A DNA stretch of 46,195 bases from Verrucomicrobiota bacterium (GTDB lineage: Bacteria; Verrucomicrobiota; Verrucomicrobiia; Opitutales; Coraliomargaritaceae): positions 1 through 46,195 of the forward strand of contig JBCDCC010000001.1 in the NCBI GenBank assembly GCA_039182435.1. Reading direction: 5' to 3'. Position numbers and translations under genes: made by a program. Positions 39,133-46,195 of this stretch are shown piece after piece; within the stretch, counting starts at the first letter, position 1; the number at the start of each line of letters is the position of its first letter. The notes below the pieces were generated by a model, which was not told the DNA's origin, made no database searches, and saw nothing but the letters and a program-made list of their open reading frames with translations.

Positions 39133-40134
39133 TTAGAATGAATGCAGCCCAATCTTCTCAAGGATACGATCAAGATCCTCATTCCCAAAATACTCGATCG
39201 AGATCTTGCCCTTCTTGGGCGAATGCTTCAGCGAGACCCGGGTATTGAAGTGATCCCCCATCCGTTTTTCCAAATCGCGAATGGCGGTGATCTCGGCTTC
39301 GGGCACTTTGCGCGCCTTCTTACCCGAGCCTCCGCTTTCCTTCAAACGTCGCACCTGCGCCTCCGCTTCGCGCACGCTCATGCCCGTCTCGATGATGCGG
39401 CGAGCGAGCAATCGACGATGCTCGTCGCTTTCAAGACCGAGCAATACTTTGGCATGCCCGGTCGAGAGAAGACGCTTACTGAGAAAGGCTTGGATCTCTG
39501 TGTTGAGACTGAGTAACCGGAGCGCATTAGCGACCGTAGCTCGGCCCTTGCCCACGCGTTCGGCCGCCGCTTCCTGGGTGAGATCAAAATCGCGCACCAA
39601 GCTGGCGTAACCGAGCGCTTCATCAATCGGATTCAGATTCTCACGCTGCAAGTTCTCAATCAAAGCGAGCGTGGCCGAAGAGGCATCACTCGCTTCGATC
39701 ACTCGCACCGGAATCGTCTTCTTCTTAAGAAGCTCAAAAGCCCGCATCCGTCGCTCACCGGCAATCAGCTCATACGTGTCGCCCTTCTGCCGCACAACTA
39801 CGGGTTGCAGCAAGCCCTCTGACAGGATACTCTTGGCCAGTTCCTCGACTTGATCTGGCGTGATTTCTCGGCGGGGCTGATAGGGATTTGGAACGATATC
39901 CTTAACCGCGACTTCATTCACGTCCGAACTCACGGGCGCACTCAAGTCGAGGGCACGTTTCGCTGCAGGCGCAGTTTTGGAGGCCACCTTCTTGACTGCA
40001 GCTACTTTTTTAGTCGCTGCTTTTTTCTTGGCGGCAGGTGCTTTCGCCGCCGTCTTCTTTTTGGCCGGGGCAGATCCTGCGCCAGAGATGAGGCCACCGA
40101 GACCGCGACCGAGTCGACTCTTGGAACTAGACAT
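39133..40134 (-). CDS. parB: chromosome partitioning protein ParB/Spo0J
   Basis: 333 aa. It has the N-terminal ParA-stimulating peptide SRLGRGLGGLI, a ParB/Srx box with LIAGERRMRA, the HTH LTQEAAAERVGKGRATVANALRLL and a C-terminal dimerisation region. Confidence 0.9.
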   Translation of the reverse strand: MSSSKSRLGRGLGGLISGAGSAPAKKKTAAKAPAAKKKAATKKVAAVKKVASKTAPAAKRALDLSAPVSSDVNEVAVKDIVPNPYQPRREITPDQVEELAKSILSEGLLQPVVVRQKGDTYELIAGERRMRAFELLKKKTIPVRVIEASDASSATLALIENLQRENLNPIDEALGYASLVRDFDLTQEAAAERVGKGRATVANALRLLSLNTEIQAFLSKRLLSTGHAKVLLGLESDEHRRLLARRIIETGMSVREAEAQVRRLKESGGSGKKARKVPEAEITAIRDLEKRMGDHFNTRVSLKHSPKKGKISIEYFGNEDLDRILEKIGLHSF

Positions 40135-40136
40135 AG

Positions 40137-40742
40137 TTACTGTGCAATAGGGATAAAGATTGTCTGGCCTACCTGTAGATCACGAGCGGGGTTGGCGATT
40201 TTATTAGCGTTTTGGATATCCTTCACCGAGGAGCCAAAGTCCTTCGCGATCTTGCTCAATGTATCGCCGGAACGCACTACATACTTCTCTCCTGTTCGGG
40301 GAAAATCTTCAGAGAAACGAACTGGGGTGGTCACGTTCGGTGTGCTGTCGACCGCCTTGGCCACGATATTGATCGCGGTCTGTGTTTCCTTGGCCAGCGC
40401 ATCGATCTGGCGCGTGACTTCGGCCACAATCTGACGCTTTTGAGCCTCGTCTGCCTGACGATACTCGCTACGCAGAACCTCGATCGCAGAAGAGAGATTG
40501 GCGATCTGGGTCTGCGCATTTTGATTCGAATTCGCCGCGGCCACTTGCGCACGCAGGCGATCATTTTCACGCCGCATCTCCGCCATTTCCAAGCGAAGCG
40601 ATTTCATTTCCTGGGCGAGCAGACTGACATCCTGTTTTAAGCCGGCGACAGAGACACGCACATCGGATTGCGCGTGGAGGGGAATTTGGAAAAATGTAGC
40701 GACACCTATTACCCAAAGGGTCGAGCAAAGAAGCTTTATCAT
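40137..40742 (-). CDS. secreted coiled-coil protein with C-terminal LysM domain
   Basis: Start taken at the internal ATG, giving signal peptide MIKLLCSTLWVIGVATFFQIPLHAQ. A heptad-like coiled coil follows (LLAQEMKSLRLEMAEMRRENDRLRAQV). The C-terminal LysM reads YVVRSGDTLSKIAKDFGSSVKDIQNANKI..ARDLQVGQTIFIP. Confidence 0.8.
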   Translation of the reverse strand: MIKLLCSTLWVIGVATFFQIPLHAQSDVRVSVAGLKQDVSLLAQEMKSLRLEMAEMRRENDRLRAQVAAANSNQNAQTQIANLSSAIEVLRSEYRQADEAQKRQIVAEVTRQIDALAKETQTAINIVAKAVDSTPNVTTPVRFSEDFPRTGEKYVVRSGDTLSKIAKDFGSSVKDIQNANKIANPARDLQVGQTIFIPIAQ

Positions 40743-40855
40743 ACAGGATTGAAGATTGAACCCACCTTCCAAAAGTCAAAGCCAGAAAGGAAGAAGCGCC
40801 AAGTTGTGGGTTGCCACAGGCGAACCGAGCCCATTCATAAGACCTCCAACGAACG

Positions 40856-41707
40856 ATGCAGACCTCCGCCGAATACTGGGTGCATGACCTGAGCCCCTTT
40901 CTCATACGATTTCCTGAGAATCCTATTGGGCTGGAAGGCATTCGCTACTATGGGCTCGCCTACATGCTCGGCTTTCTTGCCGCATGGTGGCTGCTCAAAG
41001 TCTACGACCAGCGCGGGAAATTTAGGATTAGCGCGGATGCCCGGGCGAATTTAATGACTGCCATCATCATAGGCGTGCTCGCAGGGGGCAGGCTCGGCTA
41101 CATGTTGCTCTATGATTTAGAAGCCTTTCTCAGCAACCCGCTGATCCTCTTCCGCGTCGATCAAGGGGGGATGGCGAGCCATGGTGGCTTTGTCGGAATC
41201 ATCGTCGCACTCTATTGGTTCTCCCGGAAGCAGGACTGTAAGTTCCTTGATCTGAGCGACGTTATCGTCACGATTGGGCCACTAGGTTTATTCTTGGGGC
41301 GGATCGCCAATTTCATTAACGGAGAACTCTGGGGCCGAGTCACCCATCTGAGCTGGGCCGTCATTTTCCCGGATAGCCCTAAAGCCTTTAACGAAAGCAC
41401 CATGCTCTACGGCCCAGAGCCGAGACATCCTTCGCAGCTCTATGAGGCCGCACTTGAGGGCGCCTTCATCTTTGGCTATCTCCAATGGCGCTATTGGAAA
41501 GCCCGCCCCCCAGTCGGTCAGTTGGCTGGAGAATTCCTCTTGGGCTACGGCGTCGCCCGCATCGTTTGCGAATCATTTCGAGAGCCCGACGCCACACTAA
41601 TCCTGGGACTAAGCCGCGGCCAGTTCTACTCCATCTTCATGGTGATCGCCGGCCTTGCTATCATCCGCTACACCCGCCAACAAGCGAAGCGAATCGCAAC
41701 TGCCTAG
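40856..41707 (+). CDS. lgt: prolipoprotein diacylglyceryl transferase
   Basis: 283 aa, polytopic membrane protein. It shows IRYYGLAYMLGFLAAWWL, GGMASHGGFVG, GRIANFINGELWGR and HPSQLYEA. Confidence 0.95.
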   Translation: MQTSAEYWVHDLSPFLIRFPENPIGLEGIRYYGLAYMLGFLAAWWLLKVYDQRGKFRISADARANLMTAIIIGVLAGGRLGYMLLYDLEAFLSNPLILFRVDQGGMASHGGFVGIIVALYWFSRKQDCKFLDLSDVIVTIGPLGLFLGRIANFINGELWGRVTHLSWAVIFPDSPKAFNESTMLYGPEPRHPSQLYEAALEGAFIFGYLQWRYWKARPPVGQLAGEFLLGYGVARIVCESFREPDATLILGLSRGQFYSIFMVIAGLAIIRYTRQQAKRIATA

Positions 41708-42549
41708 CGGAAACAAAGCACAGGCACATGGCAACGCCGCAAGAGCTCAGTCGTGGTGCTACCGATAAAGAACTCTCGAATCCGGCTGTGACCATACGCC
41801 CCTGCGATCAGGAGATCGATCTTCTCACGCCTTACGTGGTTCGAGATCGCCGTTTCGACCACACCAGAAAGCATCTGATAAGTGGGATGGAGCGCGGCTT
41901 GGCGCATCAAGCCTTCCGCTTCCTTCAGCCGTTCGGCGGCCAAGTCCTCCTTCCCAGATTCAGCGACTGTAATCACATGCAAGCTCAGCGCCTTAAATAG
42001 CTCCTCGCGGGCCATAAAACAGATCGCTTTCTTCGAGCTTTCACCTCCATCGTAAGCGATGGCGACCCGATCCAAAGGCTTGAATTGCCGAGAGGTGACC
42101 AGACACGGCCGGGTCGCAGTGCGCACCACCTTTTCCAACATCGCGCCCAGGTGCTCGGTCGCAAAATTCACATTCTCCCCACGCTTCCCCAGAAGAATCA
42201 AATCCGCATTTTCGGAAAACTTCTCGATCCTATCGACCAGCATTCCGGTCTCGTGGCAGAAGGACACATTCGCCGCGACGCCCATTTCCTCAAAGATCTC
42301 AATCGCACTCGCTTTGACAAAAGCTGACTTCTGAGTCTCGACTTCCTCCATCTGGCTGACCATCCCTTCGAAGGGCTGAATGCCTAAACTGCCGCTCACA
42401 TCGGCCACAGCCGGGATCTCATACTGCCGGAGATCACTCACATAGAGCACCGAGACTGCCGCCCCCGTTTGCTTCGCCCACCAAGCGGCAAATCGACAAG
42501 ACTCCTGCGCGTAATTCGAACCATCTGTGCATACGAGTATCCTTTTCAT
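41704..42549 (-). CDS. universal stress protein, tandem Usp domains
   Basis: Start taken at the ATG at 42549 (MKRILVCTDGSNYAQESC...). The track ORF starts at an upstream GTG at 42624. There are two Usp modules, and the second carries the ATP-binding-like motif AGAYGHSRIREFFIGSTT. Confidence 0.85.
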   Translation of the reverse strand: MKRILVCTDGSNYAQESCRFAAWWAKQTGAAVSVLYVSDLRQYEIPAVADVSGSLGIQPFEGMVSQMEEVETQKSAFVKASAIEIFEEMGVAANVSFCHETGMLVDRIEKFSENADLILLGKRGENVNFATEHLGAMLEKVVRTATRPCLVTSRQFKPLDRVAIAYDGGESSKKAICFMAREELFKALSLHVITVAESGKEDLAAERLKEAEGLMRQAALHPTYQMLSGVVETAISNHVRREKIDLLIAGAYGHSRIREFFIGSTTTELLRRCHVPVLCFR

Positions 42550-42635
42550 GGCGAGCCTTTCGTTCGGTTGAAGTGTGACATGGCGGTGCTTTCCAGCGAT
42601 GGATTTATCATAGCCATAAGTCACTCAACAGCAAC

Positions 42636-42668
42636 AGAAAAAGCCGCGTCCAAAAACGGACGCGGCTT
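42636..42668 (-). terminator. rho-independent terminator downstream of glgC
   Basis: On the minus strand, AAGCCGCGTCC-(6-nt loop)-GGACGCGGCTT forms a stem of 9 G/C-rich bp plus 2 A-T pairs, followed by TTTTTCT. It lies 26 nt after the glgC stop. Confidence 0.8.
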
Positions 42669-42693
42669 CACAAAAACAAGAGCAGAGCGGGCG

Positions 42694-43989
42694 CTATTTC
42701 GCCTTGATCACGGTGCCATCCGGCACCTCGACATCCTTGCAGACAATCAGCACTCCGTCGCGAATCGCGATATCCACATCCGGGCCAAAATTATCCGGCA
42801 TCCCTTCGGGATCGAGCACCACATTGTTACCAATACGCGCATTCTTATCGAGAATCGCATTCTTGATCAGACAATTCTTGCCGACTCCAATCTGCGGACC
42901 CGTATTACCATCACTGCCAAGTTCTTCGACCGTCTCGTAGCGGTCAGCCCCCATCATGACAACACTCTCTAGAGTCGATCCATCACGCACCACGGAACGC
43001 ACCCCGAGCGAGGTATGCCGCAGTGTGGCATCAGTTAAAATACATCCGTTGGCCATGACTGAACGCTCAATCTGACTGGAGTTGATCTTCGAGGCCGGAA
43101 GGAAACGCGCGTGCGTATAAATGATCGCCTCTTCATCAAAGAAGTTAAATGGCGGCACCGGTTCCGTCAGTCGGAGATTCGCCTCAAAGAAGGCCTTTAC
43201 CGTCCCGATATCTTCCCAGTAATCGTCAAAGACGTAGCTACACATCTTCGACTTACCCAACATGCTGGGAATGATCTCCTTACCGAAATCAGTCGTATCC
43301 GAGTCCAGAGCATCCTTCAGCACTTTGGCGTTGAAAACATAGATCCCCATCGATGCGAGGCAGTAGTCCCGATCCCCAGCATTCTTCATTTTACTGCGCA
43401 CACTCGGTCCGACAGATAGCCCTTGGATCATCTTAGGATCCTTCGGTTTCTCTACGAATTCCGTGATCTCCAAATTATCGTTGATCCGCATCAGACCGAG
43501 CCCCTCTGCCTCATCCAGAGCAATCGGCTTCGCCGTAATCGTCACATCCGCCCCCGACAAGTCGTGCTCAAGGACCACATCCTGCAAATCCATTCGGAAG
43601 AGCTGGTCGCCAGACAGAATCAGATAGAGATCACGATCCCCCATATCCCCGAAGTGGTGCATATTTTGGCGCACCGCATCCGCTGTGCCCTGATACCAAT
43701 CACTGCTGCCCTCCGTCTGCTCGGCCGAGAGGATATCCACAAAACCACCACCAAAAGGATCAAATTTGTAGGACTCCTGAATGTGGCGGTGAAGGGAAGC
43801 CGTATTAAATTGGCTCAAAACGTAAATCTGGTTCATCCCCGAGTTCAGGCAATTACTGATCGGGATATCGACTAAGCGATATTTGCCCGCCAACGGAACC
43901 GCCGGCTTACAACGCTCACGAGTCAGAGGGCTTAAGCGGGAACCACGACCACCGCCCATGATGATACAGATAATTTTACGTTTTTTCAT
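42694..43989 (-). CDS. glgC: glucose-1-phosphate adenylyltransferase
   Basis: 431 aa with GGGRGSRLSPLTRERCKPAVP, WYQGTADAV, the EKP motif FVEKPKDP and a C-terminal left-handed beta-helix. Confidence 0.95.
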   Translation of the reverse strand: MKKRKIICIIMGGGRGSRLSPLTRERCKPAVPLAGKYRLVDIPISNCLNSGMNQIYVLSQFNTASLHRHIQESYKFDPFGGGFVDILSAEQTEGSSDWYQGTADAVRQNMHHFGDMGDRDLYLILSGDQLFRMDLQDVVLEHDLSGADVTITAKPIALDEAEGLGLMRINDNLEITEFVEKPKDPKMIQGLSVGPSVRSKMKNAGDRDYCLASMGIYVFNAKVLKDALDSDTTDFGKEIIPSMLGKSKMCSYVFDDYWEDIGTVKAFFEANLRLTEPVPPFNFFDEEAIIYTHARFLPASKINSSQIERSVMANGCILTDATLRHTSLGVRSVVRDGSTLESVVMMGADRYETVEELGSDGNTGPQIGVGKNCLIKNAILDKNARIGNNVVLDPEGMPDNFGPDVDIAIRDGVLIVCKDVEVPDGTVIKAK

Positions 43990-44060
43990 TTGTGAAGGGT
44001 TGGAGACGAACGGCTATTTACCTTGATTCCTAGCACTGGTTTCCGCTGAATTGAAGCCTT

Positions 44061-45911
44061 ATGTGTGGAATAGTTGGATATGTTGGTCGTGATCGAGCAG
44101 GCAGCCTCAGGCTCGTGGGCCTGAAACGACTCGAATACCGTGGCTATGACTCTGCCGGGCTTACCCTTTTCAGGGAAAACGGCTTTCGTCAGGTCAGGCG
44201 AACGGGCCGCGTCGCCTCCCTCGAGGACGCGCTCGAAGAGACCGACATGATGGGCAACCTCGGCATCAGTCACACTCGCTGGGCCACTCACGGAGACGTC
44301 ACCGAAGCCAATGCGCACCCGCACCTGAGCAGCGATGGCAAGATCGCCCTCGTCCACAACGGCGTAATCGAGAACTACCTTGGGATGAAGAAATTCCTCA
44401 CCGAGAAAGGCTACACCTTTCAATCCGAGACCGATACCGAGGCACTCGCTAATCTGATAGCATACCACTTTGCCAAAGAAGAGAGCAGCAAGGGAAAAAA
44501 CCGCTTCCTCGAGGCCGTCCGTAAAAGCTTACAGCACGTCGAAGGCACCTACGGCATCGCCGTCATCTGCACCGAGCAACCCGATGAACTGATCGGTGCC
44601 CGCAAAGGCTCCCCCCTCATCGTCGGCATCGGCAAGGGCGAGAACCTGATCGCCAGCGACGTCAACGCCATCACCCACTGCACGCAGAACGTCATCTATC
44701 TCAACGATGGCGAAGTCGTGCACCTCGAGCGCGATGACTTTTCCATCTCGACCGTCAGCAGTAAGGACGTCGAGGCCGTGATCCACCAAGTCGATTGGGA
44801 CACCTCCGAAACTGAGCTGGGCGATTACCACCACTTCATGGAGAAGGAAATCTTCGAGCAGCCCACTGCGCTTGAGAATGGCATGCGCGGCCGCTTCTCC
44901 GATGACAGCAGCACCGCTGTCTTCGGCGGGCTCAACCTCACGCCTCAACAGCTCCGCCATATCGACCGCATCCTCTTTATCGCTTGCGGCACCGCTTGGC
45001 ACGCCTGCCTCGTCGCCGAGTATCTCATCGAGCGCTTCGCCCGCATCCCAGTTGAAGTCGAGTATGCCTCCGAATTTCGCTACCGGAATGCACCGCTCGA
45101 TAAAAACACCCTCGTCGTCGCGATCAGCCAATCCGGCGAAACCATAGACACCCTTGCCGCTCTCCGAGAAGCCAAACGAAAGGGCTACCGCACACTTTCC
45201 ATCAATAACAGCGTCGGCTCCACCATCGCCCGCGAATGTGACGGCGGCATCTATCAACACGCCGGCCCCGAGATCGGCGTCGCCTCGACCAAAGCCTTTA
45301 CTTCGCAAATCATGATTTGCGCCATGCTTGCCCTCTACCTCGGCCGGCTCCGCGACTTGAGCTACGGAGACGGCGTCGAGATCGTCCAAGCGCTCAAGGA
45401 CCTTCCGGATCAAGTCCGCGACATGCTCGGTCAAAGCGATAAGATCGCCAAGATCGCCAAGAAATACGCCCATTACGAAGACTGCCTTTTCCTCGGGCGT
45501 CAGCTCATGTTCCCCATCGCGCTGGAAGGTGCCCTCAAGCTGAAAGAGATTTCTTACATCCACGCCGAAGGCTACCCAGCCGCCGAGATGAAACACGGCC
45601 CCATCGCCCTGATCAGCGAGAAATGCCCCAGCGTCTTCCTCACCACCTCGGGTGAAATTTTCCATAAGAGCCTCGCAAACATTCAGGAAGTGCGCGCACG
45701 CAAAGGAAAGATCATCTGCATCGCCAACGACGATTGCGACGTGCCCCAGAACTTAATCGATGACATCATCTTCGTCCAGGACAGCCACGAGATCGTCAAA
45801 CCAATCCTCATGAGCATCCCCGTGCAGCTTCTCAGCTACTACGTCGCTCTCGAGCGCGGCTGTGACGTCGATAAGCCACGCAACCTCGCGAAGTCCGTCA
45901 CGGTCGAGTAA
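44061..45911 (+). CDS. glmS: glutamine--fructose-6-phosphate aminotransferase (isomerising)
   Basis: 616 aa with the N-terminal nucleophile MCGIVGY, a GATase class-II domain, two SIS domains (SQSGETIDT) and the C-terminus KPRNLAKSVTVE. Confidence 0.97.
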   Translation: MCGIVGYVGRDRAGSLRLVGLKRLEYRGYDSAGLTLFRENGFRQVRRTGRVASLEDALEETDMMGNLGISHTRWATHGDVTEANAHPHLSSDGKIALVHNGVIENYLGMKKFLTEKGYTFQSETDTEALANLIAYHFAKEESSKGKNRFLEAVRKSLQHVEGTYGIAVICTEQPDELIGARKGSPLIVGIGKGENLIASDVNAITHCTQNVIYLNDGEVVHLERDDFSISTVSSKDVEAVIHQVDWDTSETELGDYHHFMEKEIFEQPTALENGMRGRFSDDSSTAVFGGLNLTPQQLRHIDRILFIACGTAWHACLVAEYLIERFARIPVEVEYASEFRYRNAPLDKNTLVVAISQSGETIDTLAALREAKRKGYRTLSINNSVGSTIARECDGGIYQHAGPEIGVASTKAFTSQIMICAMLALYLGRLRDLSYGDGVEIVQALKDLPDQVRDMLGQSDKIAKIAKKYAHYEDCLFLGRQLMFPIALEGALKLKEISYIHAEGYPAAEMKHGPIALISEKCPSVFLTTSGEIFHKSLANIQEVRARKGKIICIANDDCDVPQNLIDDIIFVQDSHEIVKPILMSIPVQLLSYYVALERGCDVDKPRNLAKSVTVE

Positions 45912-46039
45912 GATCAAAGACACCTTTAGAAAAACAACTTTCGCCTCAAACACACTGACAGACTGTCTCACGCTCAAAGAAATCTGGGAAGCAGGCATCG
46001 TAGTTATCACCAACCTGAACGGTCAGGCAGAATTTCACT

Positions 46040-46195
46040 TTACGACCTAATCGAAGCATGAAACTCACCAAATCCGGGAACTTTAATGAAAATAAGTGCA
46101 CTATAAATAAGGTAAAAAGTCTATTTAAGCGTATTTAGGTGATTAAAGTTCTTTAATGCTTATTGACTTATATAAAAAACCATCCGAATTTTTGC
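46040..46195. other. AT-rich segment running to the window edge
   Basis: My hand count for 46061-46195 gives 38 G+C in 135 nt, about 28%. There is no ORF of convincing length. CTTTAATG occurs twice (46081-46088 and 46151-46158). Confidence 0.6.

Noticed and set aside
39133-40742. A by-eye search for parS (TGTTTCACGTGAAACA-like) sites in and around parB and across the window.
   Set aside because: The CACGTG-containing sites I found (for example near 14705, 16028, 20480 and 35435) lack the flanking GTTT/AAAC arms. My visual scan is not exhaustive, so absence is not proven.
43990-44060. Possible glmS ribozyme or riboswitch upstream of glmS.
   Set aside because: Only 71 nt separate the divergent glgC and glmS starts. 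That is too short for the ribozyme core, and I see none of its conserved elements.
43986-44468. A 160-aa minus-strand ORF spanning the glgC-glmS intergenic region and the start of glmS.
   Set aside because: It is antisense to the unambiguous glmS N-terminus (MCGIVGY...) and its translation has no motifs, so it is an artefact of GC-rich sequence.

Overview
This is a 46.2-kb, gene-dense chromosomal segment from a diderm bacterium (BamA, Skp, LpxD and Lgt are all present). Coding DNA is moderately GC-rich, about 55-60% by eye. The many prepilin-motif proteins and the FYRL-type secreted domains suggest a Verrucomicrobiota-like organism, but that is only a low-confidence guess. I call 46 protein-coding genes, 4 intrinsic-terminator-like hairpins and 2 AT-rich spacers. 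I found no rRNA, tRNA, CRISPR array, transposase, integrase or phage genes. Most of the window is core housekeeping: trhO, deaD-like helicase, rph, an ABC-F ATPase, rnc, mfd, a SurA-like PPIase, menB, tgt, ribH-nusB-ftsY-aroB, degP, and a long minus-strand array rplY-pth-rpsF-ssb-rplI-dnaB-bamA-skp-lpxD-prs. It continues with nspC, parB, lgt, usp, glgC and glmS. As far as I can read it, the window holds no convincing multi-gene novel system and no recognisable defence island. The accessory or odd content is limited to the following. (a) A roughly 4-kb stretch at 8.0-12.2 kb holds a metzincin-like secreted protein, a 342-bp spacer of about 34% GC, a 2-TM protein with an Mrr_cat-like domain carrying non-canonical catalytic residues, a standalone MEKHLA protein and a GT1 glycosyltransferase. 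(b) PIN-PhoH2 has a forced TTG start. (c) A low-GC RHH/PIN toxin-antitoxin cassette sits between the PPIase gene and menB. (d) An unannotated 47-codon transmembrane ORF overlaps by ATGA the start of an orphan soluble cNMP-binding histidine kinase. (e) A tightly packed LysM-coiled-coil / parB / EVE-domain trio has no parA. (f) Tgt lacks two of its four canonical zinc ligands. (g) The rpsF-ssb-rplI cluster lacks rpsR. All functional calls come from motif reading of the supplied translations; no database search was possible.
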